From assembly GCA_965178125.1 (NCBI GenBank), contig OZ237735.1, forward strand, positions 62,001 to 126,000: a DNA stretch of 64,000 nt, given 5' to 3'. The notes below the pieces were generated by a model. That model was given only the letters and a program-made list of their open reading frames with translations, ran no database searches and was not told where the DNA came from. This document shows, one piece after another, positions 37,527-49,203 of this stretch. Origin of the DNA: Bilabrum cf. latius. Taxonomy: Eukaryota. Every line of letters begins with the position of its first letter. Position 1 is the first letter of the stretch. A program made the position numbers and the translations under genes.

Positions 37527-38961
37527 TCACAGAGAGGGGAACTCGGCGGCCTCGTCGAAGGTGCTGCGCCCGGCCGGGCGCCCGCGGCCACCGGCGCGCG
37601 CGCCGCCGCCGCGGCCGCCGGTGCGGGGCCCGTCACGGCCGCGCCCACGGCCTCCATCGCGGCCGCGCCCGCGGCCACGGCCGCCCTCACGGCGGGCCGG
37701 GCGGTCACCCTCACGGCGCGGGGCACGGTCGCCATCACGGCGCGGCGGGCGGTCTCCGTCCCTGCGAGGCGGGCGGTCGCCGTCGCGGCGCGGGGGGCGG
37801 TCGTCGCCGGAGCGAAAGGATCCGAGCTGCGCGGAGATGTCCTCCTCGAGCACGTCCCTGGCGTGCGTCCTGCTCTTCTTGCTCTTCTTCTTCTTGGAGG
37901 TCTTGGCCTGCCCCAGGGAGGAGGCGTCGATGATGGAGCTCACGTCCACCGGACCCGCCCTCTCGGCGGAGCGGTCGATGACCTTGGCCTTGCTCAGCTT
38001 GGAGTCGTCCACCTTGGCGGTCTGCACGCTGGCGAAGGCATCCCCCTGCCTCTTCTCGGCCTGCAGGGCGCGGTACTCCTCCAGGGTGAGCATGGGCTCG
38101 GGCTCGGCGGCCTTGCTCTCCTGGGAGGGGCCGTCGGCGCCAGACTCGGCGGCGGCGCGGGCGGCGTCATCAGCCTCCTCCTTGGCGGCGGAGGCCACCA
38201 CGGCGCTGGCAGACCCGCCGGCCAGCTTGCCCACTGGGGCGCTGGCGGCGGCCTTGGGGCCGCCGGTGCGGCCCTTGGCGCCGGACCGGTCGTACGTGCG
38301 CTTGGCGCCGCGGCGGTTGGTCTCCTTGGTGACGTGGGGGCCCTGCTCGCGGGACTTCTTGGCGGCCTCAGCCTTGGCCTTGCGGGCCGCGGCGGCACGG
38401 CTCGCCTTGCTGGGCTTGGCGGTCTGGGTGCGAGCTGCGGCAGCGGTGGTTTGGACAAATCGAAATCAGGGGGCGGTGCAGTAGCGAGTTGGAAAGAGTA
38501 TGTGCGTCTAAGAGGAAGCCATACTTCGCGGTGATGCAGTTGTACGGGCGCCTGGTTTCAAGACAGGCCTTGACAAGAACAGTAGCGCAAGGGCAACTCA
38601 CGAGCAGATCCCTCGTCCTCCGAGTCGGAGTGCTCGAACATCAGAGAATACTGCGGTGAAATGAATGAGTGTATTCTCGATCGCGGGAATTTGGTTGCTG
38701 TGATGCTCTGTGATCAACATTTGCCAGCGATAGGATCTGGCTGCAACTTCGGACGGCAGAAGCATAACTACAACTGCGCATAGTTAGCCCGGAGCATCCA
38801 CCGTAGGGCGTAGCCGCAACGGTTGACTGCCATGTCGTGTAATATACGTACATCTAGCCTCTGCCATCCATTCATACCACTCCAGTGAACGAGCACGGGA
38901 TAGAATTGCTTCCCTAGGGCATTGCGACGCCATTACAACTTACCTTGTTCTTGGTGTCCAT
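37527..38961 (-). CDS. SERBP1/Stm1-like RGG ribosome/RNA-binding protein, ~324 aa, 3 exons
   Basis: Exons 38961-38944, 38650-38602 and 38434-37527. Motifs KRTYDRSG, MLTLEEYRA, RDGDRPPR repeats, RGG tract and terminal EFPSL-TGA. No TAG codons. Confidence 0.8.
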
Positions 38962-39239
38962 GACTTCTTAGTTTGAGAGAGTATCAACCGGGATAAAGGT
39001 GCTGACTATCAACCTGACCCCGCAAATCCCGCCGTGTGCGTCTCAATGAGTACGATAGCGAGTGATTGCAGCTGGCTGGTTTCGGGCCCGGATTTCGTCC
39101 AAAAATACGATTTTGTCGAGCGGCCGGAGGCTTGTAGCGTGCTACTTGAGCACGGACAAAGAGAGGCTACTTACAAGGTTTCTTGGCGTGCTTAACCGTT
39201 TTTCTTAATCCACTTGCCTACCTACTGCATTGCACCAGG

Positions 39240-40238
39240 ATGGCTCTCCCCCCCCAGGTTGCTGCTCGATTGAAAAAGGCGCAGGAGGCGTAGGCGGCGG
39301 CCTAGGCAAAGGCTGCCGAGGCAGCTTCTGCTGGTGGTGCTGCGGTAGGAACAGACTCTGATGAAAGCGAGGATGAGGCTGATGCGAGCACAGAGGCTGC
39401 AATGATGCCCCGGGTAGGAGCGGCTGGTGGCGGGCCAGGCGGAATGCCGCCGCAGCAGACAGGTGCCCCTGCTCGGCAGGAACCGCCTGAGGGATTCAAG
39501 GAGTGGTGCTAGGTGTACCCCTGCTATATTGACCCCACATTTCCGCTCAGAAAAGGCAGAAAAATTTCAAAGGAGAAGTGTGCAGGATGTGAGCTTGCTG
39601 CTTTAGCATGCCCCGAACAGCTGGACAGTTCCTACATGTGATGTTGCGACTTGCATCCATTCCCCCGACATGCGTTCCTTGCAGGTGATAGGCTCCAGAT
39701 TCGAGAATTAGTAGGAGCAATCTAGCGTATCGGCCTCGCGTTCGAGGTGGGAATTGAGCAAGGCAAGCGGCATCCGTGCGATCCGCTTCGACCAGGCAGG
39801 ATTCGCGTGAAACTGTTCGACGATGACAAGAAACCAGTGCATGAGGAAATCCCGTCTAGAAAAGCCCTGTTTGAGCGGCTAGCGAAGATCATTGGGGGCA
39901 TCGAGGGCCGCGGGCCCGCCGTGGAAAAGGGCTACGCCGCCTCGATGGCCCAGCTGGACGACGTGCTCACCAAGGGCTCCATGGCCGTGCAGAAAGAGCT
40001 GCAGCAGCAGCACATGCAGATGCAGCAGCAGCACATGGCGGCCCAGAGGATGGCCATGAATAGCGGCGGGGCTGGGGGAGGGGCCTTCCCCGCGTTGGCT
40101 GGGGCTGGGGCTGTGGCGGCGGGGAATGCGGCGGGAGCGGGGGCGGCAGCGACGGAGGCAGCCGCGGGAAGTGCCGGTGCAAAGCCAGCTGCCACGGGGA
40201 CGTCTTCCAAGAAGAGACGACGGAGGCGAAGAAAGTGA
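39240..40238 (+). CDS. SRP19: Signal recognition particle 19 kDa protein (SRP19/Sec65), ~300 aa, 2 exons, 4 internal TAG
   Basis: Motifs VYPCYID...KGRKISKEK and KRHPCDPLRPGRIRVKL, with a basic tail. Intron 39589-39684. TAG at 39291, 39303, 39510 and 39723. Ends TGA. Confidence 0.88.
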
Positions 40239-40494
40239 GGCAGCCTGCAGAGTTACCGCCAGCTGGCGTGCGGTGGATTTAGCGGTGCTTCGAGGGCACT
40301 CGAGCCCCCCCCCCCCCTTGCATTTCTGCGCACTACATTGCACGAAGCTGAATCATGACATCATCCTACGAATCAGCTCAGTCACTGCGCGTCGTGCGGA
40401 GTGCAGTGCTGTTACCAGGCACGGTGTGACGAGCAATCCAACTGCAGTTTCACAGTGTTCGTCTGGCCACCACAAGCGCCGGAAACTGCAGCGA

Positions 40495-41439
40495 ATGGCG
40501 GGCGAGGAGGCTGCTTATGACGAGCAGCTAAAGCTCCTCATGATTGGAGACTCCGGTTAGGCATTCAATTTTCCCGTTGGCCCATAGTTTGCGGCAGTCG
40601 CCAAGACATGTACTCGCTCTTTTCTCCCCAGCCGCCACTCTCTTTCGCATCGACCCATACAGGCGTTGGGAAAACTTGTTTGCTATTGAGATTTGTTGAG
40701 AGCAAGTTTATGGACTCATTTATCACAACAATAGGTATGAATCGCATGGGATGCCGAACGTGGTCAGCATTCGCGTTCCGAGCTCTACTGAATTGATTTG
40801 GAATGATGAGCCCCGTAATTTTCTGCAGGTATTGATTTTAAAACCAAGGTGATACCGATCGGTGGGAAAAGGGTCGAGCTGCAGATTTGGGATACAGCCG
40901 GTAAGTGCTGAATCGCGACGTGCTGCGCTTGTTCGGACCGGTTGGCGTGCCGCAGGGCATGGCGCGCGCGTTGCTCCAGCGCCGCTCTCACGCAAGAACG
41001 ACCTACATATTTCGCAGGGCAAGAGAGGTTTCGTACCATCACAGCATCGTACTTCCGGGGGGCGCAAGGAGTTGCGCTGGTGTACGACAAGACAGCGCGG
41101 GACTCCTTCGAGAACATTGAATCATGGACCGAGCAACTGCACGAGCATGGCGACCCGTCGTGTGCCTCCGTCGTGATCGCAAACAAGTCGGACCTGGAGG
41201 GCGAGGTGAGCGACGAGGAGGGCGAGGCGCTCGCCCGGCGGTTCGGGGTACCCTTCTTCGCTTGCTCCGCCAAGACCGGGACGGGAGTCGACACGGCCAT
41301 GAAACGCCTGGGAGAGCTAGCGTTGGATGCTTTGGAAAAGGGTGCAGGGGCTTTGACGGGAGCGGGGGCAGGGTCGGAAAAAATTGGTTTGGATACGGCC
41401 GACAAGGGCGGTAAAGCTGGCGGCGGTTGTGCTTGTTGA
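40495..41439 (+). CDS. Rab8/RabE/Sec4-like small GTPase, ~208 aa, 4 exons
   Basis: Exons 40495-40555, 40663-40734, 40829-40900 and 41018-41439. Motifs IGDSGVGKT, FITTIGIDFK, WDTAGQERF, NKSD, SAK and a CXC terminus. Confidence 0.92.
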
Positions 41440-41683
41440 AACAGTCATTCTGATGTGATTGCCCTTGGTATGCCGCTAGAAGTATTGGCTGTTTTTTCTG
41501 TCTTCCCTTGGCGATGGGGGTTGCCAATCCTGGTGCTCAGCCAGTGGCGAGGCTGCCTCGCCGCCGGCGAGGCATCGCCGCCGCCGGGATCCAGCAGCCT
41601 GATAAGCGTGACAACGGTGGGAAGTGAACCTTGCGCGCCGTTGCGTACATCTTCGGCTTCCCAGTGCACGGTTTACCATCACA

Positions 41684-42037
41684 ATGGATTCTTGCGTCAT
41701 AATTATTGAGAAAAGCTCCATCTTGCGCCAGCTTGGGTTCGTGGGCCTTGCAGTCTGGCCATTCATTCTGATCAAGGAGCAGGCCTACACGCAGAAGGGC
41801 AACTCCACGCACACGCTGCGTCACGAGAGGATCCACATTCGGCAGCAACTCGAGTGCTTGCTTGTTGGATTCTTGATCCTGTATGCTGTGCAGCTCCTCG
41901 TCGGCCTGCTGCAGCACGGCAGTCTCGGCGACGCATACCACGCCGTCTGTTTTGAAATGGAAGCGTACGACAATGAAAACAAGGGGTCGTATCTGAGGCG
42001 CAGGCGGCCTTTCGCATTTCTGCAGTATTTGTTATAA
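41684..42037 (+). CDS. Small HExxH-motif membrane protein of bacterial/phage-like type, ~117 aa
   Basis: GLAVWPFILI...LRHERIHIRQQLE...AYHAVCFEMEAYDNE...YLRRRRPFAFLQYLL. Intronless. Ends TAA. Confidence 0.75.
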   Translation: MDSCVIIIEKSSILRQLGFVGLAVWPFILIKEQAYTQKGNSTHTLRHERIHIRQQLECLLVGFLILYAVQLLVGLLQHGSLGDAYHAVCFEMEAYDNENKGSYLRRRRPFAFLQYLL

Positions 42038-42095
42038 AGCCCGGGCGTCTTGTCTTTCAAGTAGCCGCGGCACACAAGCGTGCGTGGGTCGCTCA

Positions 42096-44091
42096 TCAGG
42101 TCGCGTGGGCTGCGGCAGTTGCACGAGCCTCAGCGGGCCCGGCAGCCGCAGCCGCGGCAGCTACCGCGGCGGCGCGGCGGGCGCGCTCCTCCACCTCGGT
42201 GGGGTACGACGACCGGCCGCAGGACGCGCCCTCGCAGGTGCGCAATTGGGCGAGCCCGGCGGCGAGCTCCTTCTTGGTCTGCTCGCCGGCCGACTTGTAT
42301 AGGTTGCTCGTCTGCCACACGTCCTTCTCCACGTCGTAAAGCTCCTTGAACCCTGTGACGAACTCGGTGTAGATACTCGAGGCCGGGCTAGCGGAGGAGG
42401 GGTCGTGGGTCCGCATGCCCTCGTACGTGTTGTTCCTCACGTCCTGGCACGAGCAGAACGGGGTGCCCGTGAAGAACGGGGGCTTGTTGTCCTGCTTCTG
42501 CGCGTAGCAGTTGAGGTCGGGGTCGGTCAGGTGAGAGCACTCGGGCGCGTTCCCTCCCGCCCCGTTCTTCTCCCCGTGGTACTCGAACAGCAGGGTCTGC
42601 CTCACCTGCCCCTGCGCCTCGGGGCCCACCGCGCCCTCCTGCACTGCCTGCGCCATGTGGATCTTGGGCAGCATGCTCTCGCCATCCAGCGGGGGCGCAC
42701 CCACTGCAGCGGCCGCTTCATCGGGAGAGGCCCCGGCCATGTCCGCGAAGGTCGCGGCGATGTCCACGTGGCCAACCTAGTAGGGCACCTTGATGCCGGC
42801 GGGGATGCCCGGCCCGCGCACGAAGGTGGGGATCCGCAGGTCCGTCTCCCAGGGCTGCCTCTTGTCCAGGCCCAGCCCGTTCTAGCCCAGATGGTATCCG
42901 TTGTCCGCCGTGTAGAAGAAGTACGTGTTGTCCCACACCCCCTGCTGCACCAGGGTCTGGTCCAGCCGGGCCACGATGTCGTCGATCGTCATGAGCGTCA
43001 GCAGCCGCCTGCGGTACAGGAGGTCCGTCCATGCGGCCGAGTTGGAGTCCATGGGGCCCGTGACCCCCTGCACGCTCTCGAACCAGTGCGAGTCCGCGTT
43101 CTTGGTGTTGTAGTTGGGCGTGCGAGGGGCCTGGATCGTGGGGAGCCGGTCGGCGTACTGTGGCGCGGGGTCCGCGGGCTGGTGGCAGGCGGGCACCGAG
43201 AGCACAGTGAAGAAGGGCTTGGCGTCCTCGGGGCGTCCCTCGGCGTGTGCCCTGCGCTGCTGCTCGGCGGACTCGGAGAGGAAGGCGAGCGTCTTGTTGA
43301 GGATGACGTTGGGCAGGTAGTCCGTGGCGTACTCGTCGCCGTGCTTCTCGGCCTGCCCGTTCACGCTCAGCTGATAGTTGAAGTAACGGCTATTTCCGAC
43401 CAGCCCCGCCCACATGTCCCACCCGGGTGGGACATGCTCCACGCCGCCCGCGTCCTTCTCGCCGCTGCACGAGGAGAGGGGAGGGAGGGAAGGTGGGAGA
43501 ATCTCGTGGGCAAGGGGTTGCGAGGGATGTTCTACTTTGATGAAACTCGTTTGTATACTCACTACTGATTGAGGTACTTTCCGCTGTAGAAAGTACGGTA
43601 GCCCTGCGCCTGCATGATCGTGCCAAATGTGAAGAGCTCAGGGCCGCTCCGCCACGCAGCTCCGTTGCAGTTGCCAGGGACAGAGTTGTTCGTGACGCCA
43701 GCAGAGTGTATGTATCGACCGGATACAATCGTTGACCTGCTCGGGCAGCACACGGGTGTATTGCAGATAGCCTATTCCATTGTGGCGCCCTTGTCAGCAA
43801 CCAGCGACTGCAGATGGGGCATCACCCGCATCGAATCCAGCAGCTGATCCTGATCGTCAGTGAGCACTGCGTTCGATTACTTGAAGAAATGAAAGCAGCT
43901 GCCGCAGTTGGCAAAACAAATCCATTCAAGCCGATTCCACGACGAGACTCTCCGAGGTGCAACTCCATCACGAAACATTCAAGCAGGCGGGTGGGTGTCT
44001 CACGAAACACAATGTTCGGTTTGCTAGCCGCCATCGCCCCAGTAACCGCGACTCCAACCATAAATGGCGCAATCGACATCGGGCCACACAT
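42096..44091 (-). CDS. GNS: N-acetylglucosamine-6-sulfatase-like sulfatase, ~586 aa, 3 exons, 3 internal TAG
   Basis: Exons 44091-44004, 43866-43563 and 43464-42096. Motifs KPNIVFLLTDDQD, CCPSRS (FGly motif), GKYLNQY and ADNGYHLG[TAG 42882]NGLGLDKRQPWETDLRIP. Other TAG at 43772 and 42777. Ends TGA. Confidence 0.9.
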
Positions 44092-44485
44092 TAGACCTAG
44101 TACACAAAATGACTGCCGTGACGCTTTGCTAAATCAGAAAGATCGTGTAAAACTACACTTTATAAATTGATTCGGAGCCGACTTTGATCCGATCACCTGT
44201 GCTGCTCAATGCAAACATAATTAGCTAGCAAGAGTTAGGCTAAGGCTATAATAGCAGATTGAGTGCTCAATTGAAGCCTCAGTCCCCAGCTCTTTAAGAT
44301 AGACAAGTGAGACCCGCTAGTACTGGAATGCGTGGTTGCTTGCCTGCGCTGAGAAATCGCTGCATTCCGGGCTGGACGGAACGGTACGCGTTCAACCTCT
44401 CGGAGTCGGACCAACTAGTCTCAATTGCATGGAATACGTACGAATATATTATTTATATCATGAGGTCCCGCAGCTACACAACAAA

Positions 44486-45433
44486 ATGCCCGTCAGCGAC
44501 AAGAAGCGCGCCTATGGCGCAAAGCTCGTGTCCCTCATCACCAGCATGAACTCGTGCATCGTGGTGGAGGCAGACAACGTCGGTTCCAAGCAGATGCAGA
44601 ACATCCGCGCCGCCCTTCGCGGTGAGGCCGAGATCCTCATGGGGAAGAACACCACCATCCGCCGCGTGATGACTGACTTCCTGAAGGAGAACCCCGAGCA
44701 CCCCATCCGCGTGCTGCTGGAGCGCATCGAGGGCAACATCGGCTTCGTGTTCACCAACGGCGACATCAGCAAGGTGCGCGATGTGATCGAGGAGAACAAG
44801 GTGCCCGCCCCCGCCCGTGTGGGTGCCAAGGCCCCCATCGACGTGTTCGTGCCCCCCGGGCCCACCGGCTGCGACCCCGGCCAGACCGCCTGGTTCCAGG
44901 CCCTGCAGATCCCCACCAAGATCAACCGTGGCCAGATCGAGATCACGGCCCAGGTGAAGGTCATCACCGAGGGCACCAAGGTCGGCGACTCCGAGGCCGC
45001 CCTGCTGCAGAAGCTCAACATCAAGCCCTTCGCATACGGCCTCAAGAGCACCCTCGTCTACGACAACGGCGAGCTCTTCGACGCAAAGGTGCTCGACCTG
45101 AGCGAGCAGGACGTGATCAACAAGGTGCTGGGCGCCGCCCGCATGATCGCCGCCATCGGCATGATGGTCGGGTACCCCACCCAGGCCTCGGTCATGCACT
45201 CGATCAACAACGCCTACAAAGCCGTTCTGTCGATCGGGCTGCTCACCGACTTCAAGTTCAAGCAGGCAGCCTCCTTCCAGGACTTCTTCGACAACCCGCA
45301 GAACTTCGCGGGCCCCGCCGCCTCTGGTGGTGCCGCGGCCGCTGCCGCGGAGGAGGAGGAAGAGGAGGAGGAGGAGGACGAGTCCGTCTCTGGCGGAGGC
45401 GGCGGCCTCTTCGGCGACGAGTCATCGTCGTGA
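44486..45433 (+). CDS. RPLP0: 60S acidic ribosomal protein P0 (uL10), 315 aa
   Basis: Motifs ADNVGSKQMQNIRAALRG, MGKNT, GNIGFVFT and FQALQIPTKINRGQIEI, with an acidic tail GLFGD. Strong codon bias and no TAG. Ends TGA. Confidence 0.97.
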   Translation: MPVSDKKRAYGAKLVSLITSMNSCIVVEADNVGSKQMQNIRAALRGEAEILMGKNTTIRRVMTDFLKENPEHPIRVLLERIEGNIGFVFTNGDISKVRDVIEENKVPAPARVGAKAPIDVFVPPGPTGCDPGQTAWFQALQIPTKINRGQIEITAQVKVITEGTKVGDSEAALLQKLNIKPFAYGLKSTLVYDNGELFDAKVLDLSEQDVINKVLGAARMIAAIGMMVGYPTQASVMHSINNAYKAVLSIGLLTDFKFKQAASFQDFFDNPQNFAGPAASGGAAAAAAEEEEEEEEEDESVSGGGGGLFGDESSS

Positions 45434-45828
45434 GCTAGCTAGCTGCATGACGCAAAGGGCTATTATGCGGAAGCAACTAATCGTGTGTGTCTATCGGGCC
45501 CGGGCCCGTGGTATCCCCGCGCCATGGACTCAACGAGGGCACGGCGGGCGCCTCCCCGTGGCTTGCCACAGGGACGGTGCGCCCCCGCGCCTCGTCGTGT
45601 TGGCAAGCGCGAGTGTGTGACTTGACCCGGCCTGGACGTACACGCAGCTTCTGATCGAATCTACGCCTTTGTTGTGCACAGAGCGGTGTGTTGCGCTGTC
45701 TCACACGAACTCATACACCCAAACAAGAAATCGACACGCACCAACACATCGGCGACCAAGTCACATATAGGCGTCCCTCCCCCGGCTCTGCCCAGCCCTT
45801 GCAGGTCCCACCACTCAGGATCGCCGCC

Positions 45829-47812
45829 TCAGGTCTCGGTCAGCAGGTCGAGGTATCCCTCTGTGATCTGCCCGATGACCGCCTCGGGGGCCGACTTGGA
45901 CATGCCGTAGAGAGCCATGCTGCTCCCGCGGTTCGTGACCGGGTCCGCGAGCACTTGCTGGACGGCCCACTGCAGGTCCGCGGCGAACTCGTCGGCGAGA
46001 GGGGCGTTCTTGGCCGTGACACACAGGTGCACGCAGGGGGGGTCCTGCAGCCCGTTGAGGTTCCACCCCCGGGTCTTCATCTTGTCCATCACGCTCAGGG
46101 GGTGCGCCCTCTTGCTGCCAGTCCGCGCCTCCCCGAAGCACACCACCGACAGGTCCGGTGACCCGTAGATCTCGATGCCCTCCGCGTCCTCCACGGCCCG
46201 CTTGGCCACCTCGACCGCCTCGAAGATGCGCCGGGCCGCCTCCACGTACCCGTCCTTGCCCATAGTCGTCATCACCGCCCAGGTGGCAGCCACGGTGGCT
46301 CCGATGCGGCTGCCCGCGATCGAGGGGCTGGCGTAGATGCCCCCCGGCCAGGTGAGGCAGGAGAAGTACTGGTAGGACCTGACCTTCCGGTTCGAGTACA
46401 TGATCAAGGAGGAGCCCTTGGGCGCGTACCCATACTTGTGCGTGTCGCAGGAGATGCTCGTCACACCAGGCACGCGGAAGTCGCAGGGGGGCAGCTTCTT
46501 GCCTGCCGCCTCGGCGCATGCGAGCACGAAGCTGCCGAGGCAGGAGTCCACGTGCACGGGCACCCCCTTGGCACGGGCCCTCGCAGCGATCTCCTCCACG
46601 GGGTCCAGGCAGCCGTGCGGGTACTGGCAGGCCGAGGCCACCACGGCCATGGTGTTCCCCGTCATGGCGGCCTCCATGCGGTCGGGGTCGGCCCTGAAGG
46701 TGACCGGGTCCACGGGCACGCTGACCAGCTTGAAGCCGAAGTAGTTGGCCGCCTTGTTGAAGGCAGCGTGCGCCGTGATGGGTGCCACAAGCTCGGGGCT
46801 GGTGATGCCCTTGAGGTCCTTGGCCATGTCCCTGTACGCCTTGCAGGCCATGAGGATGCTCTCCGTGCCCCCGCTGGTCATGCACCCGCACGCCTCCCCG
46901 CGGCCACTCTCCGCCTCCCTCCCGTTGAACATGTCCAGCACCATGGACACCACCTCGGCCTCCATCTTGCGCACGCTGGGGAACACGTCCGGGTGCAGCG
47001 GGTTGGAGAGAGCGAACTTCTGCATGGCCGACTGCGGGGTGGGGTGGGTGAAAAAAGATGCCCAAGAATGACAACAATGGACAGGAAACCATGATGCGGT
47101 AATGATTGTGCGCCAGCAAGGCAGCCAAAATGGATTCGAGGCCAGGACCGCTTGCGGCCATGGCCTGGACCCGCCCTTGCAAGAACGCTCTGTCGTAACG
47201 CCGCAGATTGACGAGCCGGGACAGGTAGCTCCGGGCCTCTGCAAGCATCCATTCACAGTAAGCAGTGAAACGGCTCATGCTTGGTCCGAGAACGAAGCAA
47301 AGGGGAGTGCAACTGCCACGGGTCTGCACGGACACACGTCAGATCTGGGGGGAAACGTTTCGCCGGATCCTTGTGCACACAGACCTCACCTGTACCACCT
47401 GACTGATCTTGTCGGCGTCATCATGTCCGTAATAAACGCAACCCGATACCTTTCCGCTGTTCCAGACATTCGTATCGACATCAGAATGGGCTTCCAGGAG
47501 CTCAATCACCTTGCGAGACGACATGCCTTTCTTCGGGAGCTTCGTCACCTCTTGCAAGCCCAGAATAGGCTCTGTCATCTCTTCTTTCATACCATGCAGT
47601 GCCTTATCCTTCTCTTCGTTGACCTTGGCTTGAACCAGTGGGATATTGGACACCGTTGCAAAGATGGAGTCCTTGAGGGCCTTCACCAGGCCTCCACGTT
47701 GGCTCGCCCACATGTGGACCACAAGGCACGAGAGAGCCACAGTGGTCACCAAAAGAACCTTAGCATTGTCTTTTACAATAGCATCGAGGGTGTTGTTGAT
47801 CCACTCGATCAT
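45829..47812 (-). CDS. SGPL1: Sphingosine-1-phosphate lyase, ~541 aa, 2 exons
   Basis: Exons 47812-47390 and 47031-45829. N-terminal TM, then GKVSGCVY, SNPLHPDVFPSVRKMEAEVVSM, TSGGTESI and PLP lysine SISCDTHKYGYAPKG. Confidence 0.94.
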
Positions 47813-47974
47813 CCTGGCGGCTGCAACTTGCTGAGGACTGCCCCCGAATCTTCGCGATCTTGGCGAAGCGAACGTTCGTTTTCGCAATAGTACCGTGCAC
47901 AAACAAGAAAAACCAGACTGTCGGATCGCGTCCAATCGGTCACCGTAACTCTTGACGAGGCTACAAACTCAGCG

Positions 47975-48840
47975 ATGGCTTCCAGAGTGATTGGACGTTT
48001 GGGAAAGGTAAGTCTTCTCCAACGTGATTTGTCCACGTCCTGGATCCGCCGTGCCAATTCATCTCGGATCGTTGCAAGAACAGATGTGCTGGCCAAGTTT
48101 CGCAGGAGCTCCTTGATCCCCGATACCCTGGAGGGTTGGAATCAAAGAAGAAGGAACTTGGAAAGGATTGCTTCTTCTCCTTGGAGCCCGGTTTGGAGGG
48201 TGCCAGGCTGACGTCGTTCTTTGTTGAGGTGCAAGGTCCCGTGAGTTTTCGCCCTTTGCTCCAACATGAATTCGGTTTAGCAATGGTCGATTTTCCCTTT
48301 TTGTGGCAATGTGCCGCTGTTGGGAGTGAATGGTACAGCCCTGGTTGAGTGTCTCAGGACGCTGCACGTTCAGTTGCACCCTTCCAACCCTTCGCTTCTT
48401 GCGTTTCGCAGGACGAGTGGTGCCCTGACGGGAAAGAAAAGAAGCCTTCCCCTTACAAGGATGGATTCTTCAAGCTGTCATTCACGATCCCCGCAGATTA
48501 CCCGACGTCTTGCCCGACTGTGAAGGTGGACACGAAGCTTTACCACACCCACGTGGACGAGGAGAAGAACGAGCTGTGCGCAGACACTATGCCGGAGATC
48601 TGGAAGGAGAAGGACTCCAAGGACAGGAGGATCTTTCACCTTCTCGAGGGCTTCCGCCGCCTGCTGGCCTCCCCCGAGGGCGGCACCTCGGCCGTGAATT
48701 CGGCGGCCAGCAGCCTGCTGCAGACGAGCGCTGATGAGTACTACAAGAAGGCCAGGGAGTGGACAGAGAAGTATGCCATGGAGGCGGATGAAGACGATGA
48801 TGGTGATGATGACGACGACGATGAGGACGACGATGAGTGA
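47975..48840 (+). CDS. Ubiquitin-conjugating enzyme E2 with acidic tail, ~198 aa, 3 exons
   Basis: Exons 47975-48007, 48106-48240 and 48412-48840. SPYKDGFFKL..IPADYP...PTV...TKLYHTHVD...LC contains the catalytic Cys. Confidence 0.85.
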
Positions 48841-49203
48841 AGCGGCCGTCTGCGCCCACTGTCACACAGCACTCTCTCCTCGACGAGTAGCAAGCCAGAT
48901 CCATTCTGGCATGCCGTGCCTGTAGTGCATCCTTATAGGGCCCCTTATTATCAGTCGCTGCTAGATGCGTTGTGCGTTCACTCAAAAATATCTGGCGCTC
49001 GCGCTGACGCCATACTGCGTGAGCTGGCGGCCAATATCCGTGTTTCAACCGCACTTATGCGGGCGCGTGTGCTCCTTGCCGCAATCCATCGATGTACATG
49101 CTGTGACGCGCATGAAATTTGATCAAAAAATCAATCGAAATAGCATATCATACTGATTGGACCCGGAGTAGTGCAAGATCCATACCGAATTGTGCAGTTT
49201 TCG

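Noticed and set aside
44290-44473. ncRNA in the probable RPLP0 5'-UTR intron
   Set aside because: There is only one short inverted repeat (GGAATGC/GCATTCC) and no clear C/D or H/ACA boxes.
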